Shown: positions 27,440-36,648, counted from the stretch's first letter. The stretch is 64,000 nucleotides of DNA from Candidatus Woesearchaeota archaeon (GCA_018655015.1 JABIKK010000011.1:1323-65322); one strand, 5' to 3'. Translations and numbers: made by a program. Notes: generated by a model not told the origin, from the sequence alone.

Positions 27440-28510
27440 ATGGAGAGGTTTTTCAAGGTTCTATTGGTTTTAGGAATAGTTTTGTCTATTTCATCAATTT
27501 ATTTTTTATTAACTGATTCCATATTTTCAATTTTTACATCTACTATTGGTGTCTTGATAGTTGCATTCTCTGTTTTTGAAATTGTAAGGATGAGAAAGAT
27601 TGAACCTAGAAAAGAAAAGCCAATTAATTCTAAAGCGAAAAAGAGTGAAGATGATATCTCATGGAGCTATTATGATTTCAATGAGAGAAAAATTGAGCCT
27701 GAGGTAATAGAAAGAAAAAAGAAAGTCAAGTTCACTTTTTTTAGTAAGTTGTTTCACCTATCCAAAATTGGTGGGAAACCCAAGATGGTAGGTAAGGGTG
27801 TTGAAAAGGAAGTCGGGCCAGAGAAGAAAAAAGTTGGAAAGAATTTGGAAAAAGAAAAGCTAGACAAGTTAAAAAATTACATTTTAGAGGCAATGAAGAA
27901 CAATATACCTAAAACTGAAATTGTTAAGGCATGCCTTGCTTCTGATTGGCCAAAAGATAAGGTTGAAAAAGTTATTGGGAGAATGGGAACTAAAGGAAAG
28001 AAAAAAGGCATTGTTTCATTGGTTATGTTGTTAGCAGTTACATTATTTGTTATGATTGGATTAATACTGAGTGGGAATTTTTTAATCGGCTATTGGTTAG
28101 ACTCTTTAAAATTAATTTCAAAAAGTGCATATTATATGATATTTGTGGTAATTCTGATTTCAATTGGAGTTATATTGTTTGATGTGAAGGATCGTTTAGG
28201 ACATAGGAAAAAAATATACAAGATTAAGACTGAAGAATCTGTCTCAGAAATTAAAGAAGAGATGAAATCGGACGAAAACAAGGTTGTAAGTGTCGGAGCT
28301 TACAATACAGACATGGATAAACTATTAGATTTAGTTAATGAAAGAAAGAAATTAACTGCTGAAGAAGTTAGTGGCATATTTAGTATATCAAGGAAGGAAG
28401 CTGAGGAGTGGGGAAAGATATTAAAAGATGAGGGACTCATATCCCTTTATTATCCAACAGTAGGTGATGTTGAATTACGCGAGAAAAAGAAGGTGAAGAA
28501 GGAAGAGTAG
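27440..28510 (+). CDS. multi-pass membrane protein with Lys-rich linkers and C-terminal wHTH-like domain
   Basis: Two N-terminal TM helices, two central TM helices, and a C-terminal LLDLVNERKKLTAEEVSGIFSISRKEAEEWGKILKDEGLISLYYP. It has its own TATA-like box (GTTTATAAATAAA) about 25 nt upstream. Confidence 0.6.
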   Translation: MERFFKVLLVLGIVLSISSIYFLLTDSIFSIFTSTIGVLIVAFSVFEIVRMRKIEPRKEKPINSKAKKSEDDISWSYYDFNERKIEPEVIERKKKVKFTFFSKLFHLSKIGGKPKMVGKGVEKEVGPEKKKVGKNLEKEKLDKLKNYILEAMKNNIPKTEIVKACLASDWPKDKVEKVIGRMGTKGKKKGIVSLVMLLAVTLFVMIGLILSGNFLIGYWLDSLKLISKSAYYMIFVVILISIGVILFDVKDRLGHRKKIYKIKTEESVSEIKEEMKSDENKVVSVGAYNTDMDKLLDLVNERKKLTAEEVSGIFSISRKEAEEWGKILKDEGLISLYYPTVGDVELREKKKVKKEE

Positions 28511-28563
28511 TTATTGAAGAGTATAAGGTTCAGACGGATGACCTTATTCTTGATGTATCTATC

Positions 28564-29997
28564 TTGGGTGGAAGTGGTCTTAGTAAAACATATCATATTG
28601 CTGTCCCGAAGTTAACCATTGCAACCAAAGCATTAATGGACCATATTAAGGATGGGTTGATTTCTGAAGTTACGATTAGTAATAAAGAAATTGTTGATCC
28701 AAAATCTATAAATGTTATTAAAAAAAGATTTGAAAAGAAAGCTAAGGGCCTTTTAAAAGATAGGGTTTCTAGTTTGTCAGAAGAAACAATTAATTTTTTA
28801 GTAAATGTTTTGATGCAGGAAATGCTTGGTCTTGGTGAAATTGAATATATTCTTAATGATGCAAATTTAGAGGAGATTGTTATTACATCTTCCAAAGAAC
28901 CGGTAAGAGTATATCATAAATCTCACGGATGGCTTGAAACAAATATTGTACCAAAGAACGAGGAACAGATTCTTAACTACTCCAACATAATTGGTAGAAG
29001 GGTTGGAAGACAAATTAGTGCACTGACCCCCTTACTAGACGCTCATTTGGTTACTGGAGACAGAGCAAATGCAGTGTTGTTTCCTGTTTCTACAAAAGGG
29101 CATACCGTTACAATTCGTAAATTCTCTAGAGACCCATGGACATTAGTTGACTTTGTTAAGAATAATACTGTTACTGCAGAGATTCTTTCTTTAATCTGGT
29201 TGTCAATACAGTATGAAATGAATGTGTTAATAAGTGGGGGAACAGCATCTGGTAAAACATCTTTCTTGAATGTATGCATGCCATTTATCCCTCCAAATCA
29301 AAGAATTGTAAGTATAGAAGATACTAGAGAGCTGCAGCTTCCAAAGTTCTTGTACTGGTGTCCGTTGACAGTTAGACAACCTAATCCTGAGGGGAAGGGT
29401 GAAGTTTCTATGCTTGATTTGTTAATTAATTCCTTACGTATGAGACCTGATAGAATAATTTTAGGAGAGATGAGAAAGAAAGAGCAGGCAGAAGTATTAT
29501 TCGAAGCTATGCATACTGGTCACTCTGTTTATGCTACTGTTCACGCAGATACAGTTGAAGAAACAATTCAACGTTTGACAAATCCTCCTATTGAAGTTCC
29601 AAAGAATTTGTTAACAGGTGTAAATCTTAATGTTGTAATGTTTAGAGATAGAAGAAAAGGATTTAGAAGAACCTTACAGGTTGGTGAATTTGTTCCTTCT
29701 ATGGATGAATCTGGGGCCTCAGTTAAGCCAAATGTACTATATAGGTGGAAGCCTGCAACTGATAAAATGGTTGAGCATGCTGCACCTTTGAGATTATTTG
29801 CAGAACTTAGTAGAGTTACAGGAATGTCAATGGAACAGATTAATCGTGATCTTCAAAAGAAACAAAGGATAATAAATTGGATGGTTAAAGAAAATATCAG
29901 TAATGTTGATGATGTTGGTGCACTTATGAGGGAATATTATACTGATCCAGAGGCAGTATTGAAAAAAACAGGGGTTAGCGGAAATGCAGAAAAATGA
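28564..29997 (+). CDS. type II/IV secretion system ATPase (FlaI/PilB/TadA-like)
   Basis: Walker A ISGGTASGKTS, IVSIEDTRELQL, RPDRIILGEMR, GHSVYATVHA. The TTG start is doubtful (see findings). Confidence 0.9.
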   Translation: MGGSGLSKTYHIAVPKLTIATKALMDHIKDGLISEVTISNKEIVDPKSINVIKKRFEKKAKGLLKDRVSSLSEETINFLVNVLMQEMLGLGEIEYILNDANLEEIVITSSKEPVRVYHKSHGWLETNIVPKNEEQILNYSNIIGRRVGRQISALTPLLDAHLVTGDRANAVLFPVSTKGHTVTIRKFSRDPWTLVDFVKNNTVTAEILSLIWLSIQYEMNVLISGGTASGKTSFLNVCMPFIPPNQRIVSIEDTRELQLPKFLYWCPLTVRQPNPEGKGEVSMLDLLINSLRMRPDRIILGEMRKKEQAEVLFEAMHTGHSVYATVHADTVEETIQRLTNPPIEVPKNLLTGVNLNVVMFRDRRKGFRRTLQVGEFVPSMDESGASVKPNVLYRWKPATDKMVEHAAPLRLFAELSRVTGMSMEQINRDLQKKQRIINWMVKENISNVDDVGALMREYYTDPEAVLKKTGVSGNAEK

Positions 29998-30878
29998 TAA
30001 AAATACCGTTTTCAATACTCCCTCAGAAGAAGCTTTATGAGATATCCAGACCTTTAAGAGGTATTGCACAAAGATTTGAAAAAAGATTTCCATTCTTAGA
30101 AGTTCATTTAAAACAAGCTGAATCTAGGTTAGATAGTGTTGATTATTTCAGCATGAGTATGGCTTCGTCATTAATTATGTTGTTCTTTTTCTTCTTTGTT
30201 TCATTACCTGTGTTGAAATTTGGAATGTCTCCATTTTTGCCTTTTTTTATATCATTTGTTTTTACAGCTTTTATTTTCTTTCAACAACTTGGTTATCCAA
30301 AACTTATTGCATCTAGAAGAATTAGGTTGATTGAACAAAATTTGTTACCAGCCTTACAAGATATGTATGTTGAATTGAATGCTGGGATTCCATTGTTTAA
30401 TATCTTAGTAAATGTTTCAAATGCAAACTATGGGGAATTTTCTATTGAAATTTGTAAGGCTGTTAAGGAAATTAATTCTGGAAGGGATCAATCTGAGGCC
30501 CTTGAAGATTTAGCAGTTAGAAATCCTTCAATTTTATTTAGAAGATCTTTATGGCAAATTGTAAATGGTATGAAAACAGGTGCAGATATTGGCAATTTAA
30601 TCAAAGATGTTATGGAGGGAATTTCTGATGAACAGTTAACACAAATTCAAAAGTATGGTGGACAGTTAAGTCCTCTTGCATTATTCTATATGCTGATTGC
30701 AGTAATTGCACCTTCATTGGGAACTACGTTCATCATTGTATTATCTTCGTTCATATCTTTAAATGAAAATTTAGTGAAGATAATATTCTATGGTATTGTC
30801 GTAATTACATTCTTTATGCAGATTATGTTTATGGGAATTATAAAAGCAAGGAGGCCTTCATTAATGAATTACGATTAA
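29994..30878 (+). CDS. T2SS-F/TadB-like pilus platform membrane protein
   Basis: T2SSF-type cytoplasmic helical domain (LPALQDMYVELNAGIPLFNIL...SEALEDLA) flanked by TM helices. 4-nt overlap with the ATPase gene. Confidence 0.8.
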   Translation: MIKIPFSILPQKKLYEISRPLRGIAQRFEKRFPFLEVHLKQAESRLDSVDYFSMSMASSLIMLFFFFFVSLPVLKFGMSPFLPFFISFVFTAFIFFQQLGYPKLIASRRIRLIEQNLLPALQDMYVELNAGIPLFNILVNVSNANYGEFSIEICKAVKEINSGRDQSEALEDLAVRNPSILFRRSLWQIVNGMKTGADIGNLIKDVMEGISDEQLTQIQKYGGQLSPLALFYMLIAVIAPSLGTTFIIVLSSFISLNENLVKIIFYGIVVITFFMQIMFMGIIKARRPSLMNYD

Positions 30879-30879
30879 A

Positions 30880-31854
30880 ATGTCAAGACTAATTGCAAGA
30901 ATATATCCTGAGAGAATAAGAGTTGCTTATAGGCAATTGTTACTTTATGCAGATATATCTCGACCACTGGAAAGTTATTTGACCATGGTGTTTTGGGCCA
31001 CATTAATTTCTTCATTAGTGATCTCACTCTTCTTAACATTGTTTTTAGGAATTAGCTTCTTTCTTTTATTCATAGGATTATTTATTTTGTCCCAGTTTGT
31101 AGGATATTCTTGGCTAGTTTTGATAGCTGAGGGAAGGGGAAAGTTCGTTGAAGATTTATTACCTGACTTATTGCAACTAATGGCTTCTAATTTGAGGGCA
31201 GGATATACCTTGGATAAAGCATTGTTGCTCGCCGCTAGGCCTGAGTTTGGAAGGTTTAAAGAAGAAATTAATAGGGCGGGGAAAGATGTTGCAACTGGAA
31301 AAGATTTTAATCAAGCATTAATTGATATGAGTACTAGGATTAAATCAGGTAAGTTAGAAAAATCTGTTCAGTTGATTGTTGCAGGTGTTAGAAGTGGGGG
31401 ATCCTTAGTTGATTTATTATCTCAATCGGCAAGTAACTTGAGACAACAGAAATTAATTGATGAAAGAATTAGGTCTAATGTTTTAGTTTACGTGATATTT
31501 ATTTTTGCAGCAATTGGCTTTGGTGCGCCAGTGTTGTTTAGTTTAAGTTCATTCTTAATTGACATAATGAGCACTGTGTTTGCAGATGTAGACTTACCAG
31601 ATACTACTGGAAGCATTGATATGCCAATTAGTTTTTCAGAAGTAACTATTGAGCCAGACTTCATTGTGAGGTATACAATTGTATCTATGATAATTGCATC
31701 GATCATGGGATCAATGATTATAGGGTTGATATCTAAGGGTAAGAAGAGAGCTGGGTTGAAATATATCCCAATTTTAATAATATTGACTATTTCTTTATTC
31801 TTTATGGTTAGAGCTTTGATTGGTGGACTGCTTGGTGGATTATTCTCTATATAG
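30880..31854 (+). CDS. T2SS-F/TadC-like pilus platform membrane protein
   Basis: A second T2SSF-type domain (LPDLLQLMASNLRAGYTLDKALLLAA...FNQALIDMS) with TM helices. Starts 1 nt after the upstream stop. Confidence 0.8.
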   Translation: MSRLIARIYPERIRVAYRQLLLYADISRPLESYLTMVFWATLISSLVISLFLTLFLGISFFLLFIGLFILSQFVGYSWLVLIAEGRGKFVEDLLPDLLQLMASNLRAGYTLDKALLLAARPEFGRFKEEINRAGKDVATGKDFNQALIDMSTRIKSGKLEKSVQLIVAGVRSGGSLVDLLSQSASNLRQQKLIDERIRSNVLVYVIFIFAAIGFGAPVLFSLSSFLIDIMSTVFADVDLPDTTGSIDMPISFSEVTIEPDFIVRYTIVSMIIASIMGSMIIGLISKGKKRAGLKYIPILIILTISLFFMVRALIGGLLGGLFSI

Positions 31855-31871
31855 TTTTTGACAGAAAAGGC

Positions 31872-31880
31872 TTTTATATT
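31872..31880 (+). promoter_or_regulatory. TATA-like element (TTTTATATT) upstream of the KaiC-like gene
   Basis: 20-28 nt upstream of ATG 31900. Confidence 0.4.
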
Positions 31881-31899
31881 ACTGGAGATAATTTAGAGT

Positions 31900-32586
31900 A
31901 TGGTTGGTGAAGAAAGAGTAAGCACGGGTGTTCCAAACTTGGATAAGCTCATTGGTGGAGGTTTTAAGCAGGGTTCAGTGAATATTGTTGCAGGAAAACC
32001 TGGTTCTGGAAAGAGCATATTTGCAATGCAGTTCTTAGTAGATGGATTAAAACGGGGAGAGGGCTGTATTTATATTTCATTTGAGGAAAGAAAGAAGAAA
32101 GTTTTTGAGGACTTTAGAGAGTTTGGATGGGACTTAGAGCAGTATGAAAGAACTGGACTGTTAAAGTTTTTAGAAAATACCCCTGAACAAATAAGAAGAG
32201 TTGTTGCTGATGGTGGCGGAACCTTGGAAGTTATTGCAACACAAATCGGTGCTAAAAGGGTTGTTATTGATTCTATAAGTTCATTTTCGATGTTGTTTCA
32301 GAATGATTCTAACAAAAGAGGTGCATCCTTGGCATTGTTTGAAATAATCTCTAAGTGGGGCTGCACTACATTATTAACAAGTAATGCTGAAAATGAAGAC
32401 GGAATAGATCTTGATTTTGAAGTTGATGGAGTTATATTCTTACACCATCAAATGATTAAAAATTCTCGTGAAAGATCTCTTGAAGTTATAAAGATGAGGG
32501 GCACGGACATACCCAACAAAATTATGAAGATGGATCTTGATAAAAAAGGAATTACCATAAATCCATCTAAAGCTGTTTCTTTGTAA
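31900..32586 (+). CDS. KaiC/RecA-superfamily ATPase (single domain)
   Basis: STGVPNLDKLIGGGFKQGSVNIVAGKPGSGKS (Walker A), VVIDSIS (Walker B-like) and LEVIKMRGTD. 228 aa. Confidence 0.8.
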   Translation: MVGEERVSTGVPNLDKLIGGGFKQGSVNIVAGKPGSGKSIFAMQFLVDGLKRGEGCIYISFEERKKKVFEDFREFGWDLEQYERTGLLKFLENTPEQIRRVVADGGGTLEVIATQIGAKRVVIDSISSFSMLFQNDSNKRGASLALFEIISKWGCTTLLTSNAENEDGIDLDFEVDGVIFLHHQMIKNSRERSLEVIKMRGTDIPNKIMKMDLDKKGITINPSKAVSL

Positions 32587-33049
32587 ATGCAATTTCATGT
32601 GCATCATCTCTTGAAAGAAAATCTTCTTCTTTGATATCGTCAATTACATAGTAAACATGTTTTTCTAATATATTAAATTGTTCTTCAAGAGAATTGATAA
32701 AATCTTCAAGGTCTTTCATGTTCCTGAATATTGCTTCAAACATAAAGTCATAACCATTATTTATTCTGTATGCTGCATTGATATTTCTGTGAACAGTTAA
32801 TAAATTTTTAATGCTGATCCTATCTGTTTTGTCAACTTTCAATATTACTTTGGCCCTACTATTAAAACCTAGTAAGGAGAAATCCATCAAAGTAGTGTTT
32901 TTCTTTATTAGTCCGTTTTTGTGGTATTTCAATCTGTCAAATATGGTTGAGACAGGTATGCCTGTTTTTCTTGAGAGTTTTGTTAACATCTCCCTTGAGT
33001 CCCTCCTTAAGTGGGAAAGAATTTGTATGTCTTTCTTTGTTATTTTCAT
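32567..33049 (-). CDS. Lrp/AsnC-family transcriptional regulator
   Basis: N-terminal HTH (KKDIQILSHLRRDSREMLTKLSRKTGIPVSTIFDRLK) plus an RAM-like C-terminal domain. A GGAGGTGAT SD (33055-33063) lies 5 nt upstream. Confidence 0.8.
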   Translation of the reverse strand: MKITKKDIQILSHLRRDSREMLTKLSRKTGIPVSTIFDRLKYHKNGLIKKNTTLMDFSLLGFNSRAKVILKVDKTDRISIKNLLTVHRNINAAYRINNGYDFMFEAIFRNMKDLEDFINSLEEQFNILEKHVYYVIDDIKEEDFLSRDDAHEIAFTKKQL

Positions 33050-33130
33050 TTCGAATCACCTCCGTGAAATCTGTTAGATTTCCAGATAACATGGAAGATA
33101 TCCGTAGAAGGATAAAAGAATATTCATTAA

Positions 33131-33158
33131 ATTATAATAATAATTATAATATTATAAT
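33131..33158. promoter_or_regulatory. three copies of the palindromic octamer ATTATAAT in a divergent regulatory region
   Basis: ATTATAAT at 33131-33138, 33143-33150 and 33151-33158, between the lrp-like (-) and abrB-phoU-like (+) genes. Confidence 0.5.
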
Positions 33159-33197
33159 ATCCAAAACTATTTAAATAAATTGGCCTTAAATAACCAT

Positions 33198-34103
33198 ATG
33201 ACTAAGAGGAAAGTCTCTCTGATAGGACCATCGACCCTAATGATTAGTTTACCTAGTAAATGGGTTAAAGAATATGGTGTGAAGAAAGGGGACGAACTAA
33301 ATATTGATACTACTGGCAGAAATCTGATTGTTGAGACTTCCAGTTTAAAGAAGTCTAAGCCGTTGATCATTAATCTTAATGGAATGAATGCTAGTTTGAT
33401 TAGGTATAATTTATTTGCTGCTTATCGTGGCGGGTTTGATAAGATTAAACTGTCTTTTGAAGATGAAAGTGCATTTGATGAAAATAAGGGGGAAAAGTTA
33501 TTAATTTTTGATGTTGTTGACGATGTAATTAGTAACTTGATTGGTGTTGAGATCTTTGCGCAAAGAAATAGTTATATTGAAATTAGAGAAGTTTCTGCGG
33601 TCAATCATGAGGAATTTTTGAATACATTAAGAAGGATATTCATTACATTAGTTAATACTTCGAGTGATATGAAAGATGCAATTGAATCTAATAATAAAGT
33701 TGTTTTGGGAAGAATAAGGGATTTATCTGATAAAAAAGTAAATAGATTATGCGATTTCTGTTCAAGAATTATTAATAAAGGAGGTATTGTAGAAAGTAAT
33801 AAAATTCCACAGTATTATTCTTTAATTTCTAGTTTGGAAGAAATTGGTGATTCGATGGAGGAGATTTGTAATATTAATCTTAAAAAAATGTCTTCTTTGA
33901 ATGAAGTTACGATGTTAAACAATGCACTTGAAAGTTTGTACAAATTATTTTGTGAATATAAAATTGATAGATTGAAAGAATTCTACAATCTCAAGAATAT
34001 AATAAGGGAGGCTAAACCTGAAGGGAAATTGAAAATTGAGTTATCTAAGATTGCATCCTGTATGTCTAAGATAATCCCTGAGATAGTTTCATTAAATTTG
34101 TAA
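33198..34103 (+). CDS. AbrB/SpoVT-domain plus PhoU-like domain regulator
   Basis: MTKRKVSLIGPSTLMISLPSKWVKEYGVKKGDEL is a SpoVT-AbrB swapped-hairpin motif, followed by a helical PhoU-like region. I moved the start to ATG 33198 (TATTTAAATA 21-28 nt upstream); the track start is TTG 33180. Confidence 0.75.
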   Translation: MTKRKVSLIGPSTLMISLPSKWVKEYGVKKGDELNIDTTGRNLIVETSSLKKSKPLIINLNGMNASLIRYNLFAAYRGGFDKIKLSFEDESAFDENKGEKLLIFDVVDDVISNLIGVEIFAQRNSYIEIREVSAVNHEEFLNTLRRIFITLVNTSSDMKDAIESNNKVVLGRIRDLSDKKVNRLCDFCSRIINKGGIVESNKIPQYYSLISSLEEIGDSMEEICNINLKKMSSLNEVTMLNNALESLYKLFCEYKIDRLKEFYNLKNIIREAKPEGKLKIELSKIASCMSKIIPEIVSLNL

Positions 34104-34104
34104 C

Positions 34105-35499
34105 ATGGAAAAGAAAAGTTTGTTGGATTCTGTAAGAAATTTATCTATGATGATTGTATTGTTTGCAATTTTGTTAGTTGCATTCAGCATTACTTCTATG
34201 GTGTCTGACTTAAGTTCGAAGGTCGGGGAAAGTATAACCGGTGAAGTTATTTTGATAAAAGGGAGTGAATTTGAAGAGAATGTTAGCATTGGTGATGGAA
34301 AAGTTGCTAGCGAACTAAATGATAACCTGATATGTTGGATTGAAGGGGGCCTAACTGAAGAAGATTTAATTGTTATTGGACATTTGTTGAGAGACATTGA
34401 TTGTCCTAGTGGTGAAAAAAGGAATGTTAATGCGAAGATAGAAGGAGATTGTGTTATTTTAGACATAGAAGACGAAGCTTCAACAAAAGTTTGTCCTGAG
34501 GGCTTAAAACCTGTTGTAGAGATCGATCTTACTAGTGGGTTGGATAAACTTCCAGAAGTATTACCTGAAGCACCACAAAGAAATTACTATATTTATGGAT
34601 TGTTCATAATTACAATGATTACTGTACTCTTATTTTGGAGAGAATATGAGATGGGCGTTAAGACTGATTTGGAATCTAAGGCAGAAAAAGCATATTTGAA
34701 GAGAAGGGATGAAAAAAGGAAGGCTTTCAAGAAAGCTTTGGAAGAAGGAAAGCTAAAACAGAAGGAAAAGAAAGAGAAAATTGTTTACTTACCTTCTGCA
34801 CCAATTTATGACACTAAAAAAGCTGCAAAAAAGAAAAAAGAAAAAGAATCGCTAGAAAAGAAAAAAAAGAAGGATACAGAAGACAAGGCTAGGGAAGTTG
34901 CAATAAAAAGAAATGAACTAATTACTGAGTTTAATGGGGAAGCTGAAAGTATCAATAAGTTAATCGTTTCTGGTAAACTTAAAGACAGTAGGAAAAAGTA
35001 TTTGAACTTGTTTAAGACTTATACTGATTTAAGCAAAATTGTAAGTGAAAGAAACAGAAATAAATTAGATGGTGTAATGCAATACTTGTGTCATTATTTA
35101 GGGGCTTTGGAAAAGATTAAAGGCACTAGCAGAAAGAGTATTGCTCAGAAAATATTGGGTGGCGATGAAATTACAATTAGATCTCAGCCCAAACTAATTG
35201 ATATGAAACAACTTGACAAGATGAAGGAATTAATTGACGAGAAGAATTATACGCAAGCGAAGAATTTATTTTATGATGGAAAAGTTGATGATTTTAGTAT
35301 GAAAAATATTGTTAGGAGTGCAAACAATAAAAGGGAAAGAGATAAACTTGCTGAAATTGAAATAAGGCATGACAGAATAATGAAAAAGGGCGTTGTTAAT
35401 GTTGCAGAAGAAGATTATTATAAGTTTATGATGGACATGACCGCTCTTAGAAAAGAATTAAAGAGAAGAGGAAGTGTAAGGCCTAAAAAGAAAAGTTAA
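34105..35499 (+). CDS. hypothetical bitopic membrane protein with Cys-containing ectodomain and long K/E-rich coiled-coil tail
   Basis: N-terminal TM, an acidic domain of about 130 aa with 5 Cys, a second TM (YYIYGLFIITMITVLLFW), then a lysine-rich helical region. Confidence 0.55.
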   Translation: MEKKSLLDSVRNLSMMIVLFAILLVAFSITSMVSDLSSKVGESITGEVILIKGSEFEENVSIGDGKVASELNDNLICWIEGGLTEEDLIVIGHLLRDIDCPSGEKRNVNAKIEGDCVILDIEDEASTKVCPEGLKPVVEIDLTSGLDKLPEVLPEAPQRNYYIYGLFIITMITVLLFWREYEMGVKTDLESKAEKAYLKRRDEKRKAFKKALEEGKLKQKEKKEKIVYLPSAPIYDTKKAAKKKKEKESLEKKKKKDTEDKAREVAIKRNELITEFNGEAESINKLIVSGKLKDSRKKYLNLFKTYTDLSKIVSERNRNKLDGVMQYLCHYLGALEKIKGTSRKSIAQKILGGDEITIRSQPKLIDMKQLDKMKELIDEKNYTQAKNLFYDGKVDDFSMKNIVRSANNKRERDKLAEIEIRHDRIMKKGVVNVAEEDYYKFMMDMTALRKELKRRGSVRPKKKS

Positions 35500-35531
35500 T
35501 AAAGGTCCTTATAAACAGGGGGTGTAGGAAA

Positions 35532-36179
35532 ATGGGGATGTTTAAGAAGAAAAAAGAGGATATTTCTAAGCTTCTGGAGTTACCGAAGTTTGAAGATATT
35601 GGAAGGGATTTAGTGGACGAGCCTAAAGCGGGCGTTCCAAGTTATGAGTCTCCTTTTGATAAACCGGGGCCTAAAATGGCTAGTTTTCCAGACCCATTGG
35701 ATGATTTAGACCTTCCAACAAGGGAACCAGGATTTAATCAGCCAAAAGAAGGATATCCCGAAAGACAAGTTGCTAATGATCTAGATGAATTAATGCCAAA
35801 AGAGTCTCATGAAGGTTTGGAAACTCCCTTTAGAAGGGAAGAACCATTAAGGATGGAAGAAATTGCTCCAACTTTTAAGGGTGTTAATGAAGAAGTTAAA
35901 GAAACTATTAGGGAACCAGTTATCCCTGATTTGAAAAAACAATTTAAGATGCCTAAAAATGTAGGAAATAGGCCAGTGTTTGTTCAAATTGATGATTATA
36001 AAGATGCAATGAATAGTATAGAAGTATTAAAACAAAAGATAAGGGAAGTTGAATACATCTTAGATAGATTAAATGAGATAAAATCACAGGAACAACTTGA
36101 AATAAGTAATTGTGAAACTTCTTTGAACAAAATAAAAGAAAAGTTAATTAGTGTCGATAAAAAATTATTTGAGATTTAG
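35532..36179 (+). CDS. hypothetical protein: Pro/acidic disordered N-half, C-terminal coiled coil
   Basis: C-terminus RPVFVQIDDYKDAMNSIEVLKQKIREVEYILDRLNEIKSQEQLEI...KLFEI. No family named. Confidence 0.55.
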   Translation: MGMFKKKKEDISKLLELPKFEDIGRDLVDEPKAGVPSYESPFDKPGPKMASFPDPLDDLDLPTREPGFNQPKEGYPERQVANDLDELMPKESHEGLETPFRREEPLRMEEIAPTFKGVNEEVKETIREPVIPDLKKQFKMPKNVGNRPVFVQIDDYKDAMNSIEVLKQKIREVEYILDRLNEIKSQEQLEISNCETSLNKIKEKLISVDKKLFEI

Positions 36180-36186
36180 TTCTAAA

Positions 36187-36648
36187 ATGTCAGTACATGC
36201 AAGAATTGAGAAACCCTTGGGGTTAAGAAGTGATGTGTTAGAGTGTGCTGTAATTTCAACTGATGCAATACAATGTGGAAGTAATTTGAAAGAGTTCAGT
36301 AAACAGAAGAAGAAATTGAGAACGCAAATGAAACGTTCTTTAGCTGATTTAAGTAAACATATGAGGGCTCTTGAAAAAGATTTACCCAAGTTACCTAAAA
36401 CTGATAAATTGCATGCTAAAAGGGAAGACATGAGGATGTTAATGCACAGGGAAAGAGTTGAAGATTTAGGTGGAGATGTGAAGGATGTTGCTCAAGTTAA
36501 GAAAGAAATTGCTAGAATAAAAGGAACTAAGCCAAAAATATTAAGGAAAAAGGCTGTTGCTCTTGAAGAAAGAGAAAGATTGAGAAGGGAACTTGATAGC
36601 ATACGTGGAAGAATTTCTAAGTTAAGTGGTTTAATGCCAGAGGAATAG
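36187..36648 (+). CDS. hypothetical basic coiled-coil protein
   Basis: I set the start at ATG 36187, after the upstream stop; the track start at 36151 overlaps the upstream gene. MSVHARIEKPLGLRSDVLECAVIST... Confidence 0.5.
   Translation: MSVHARIEKPLGLRSDVLECAVISTDAIQCGSNLKEFSKQKKKLRTQMKRSLADLSKHMRALEKDLPKLPKTDKLHAKREDMRMLMHRERVEDLGGDVKDVAQVKKEIARIKGTKPKILRKKAVALEERERLRRELDSIRGRISKLSGLMPEE

Noticed and set aside
31900-32586. Considered calling the locus an archaellum (FlaH/FlaI/FlaJ)
   Set aside because: There are no archaellin-type N-termini and no FlaF/G/C/D/E-like genes. The platform is split into two T2SS-F genes, and the KaiC-like protein has the generic KaiC/RadA pattern. A type IV pilus or Tad-like system fits better.
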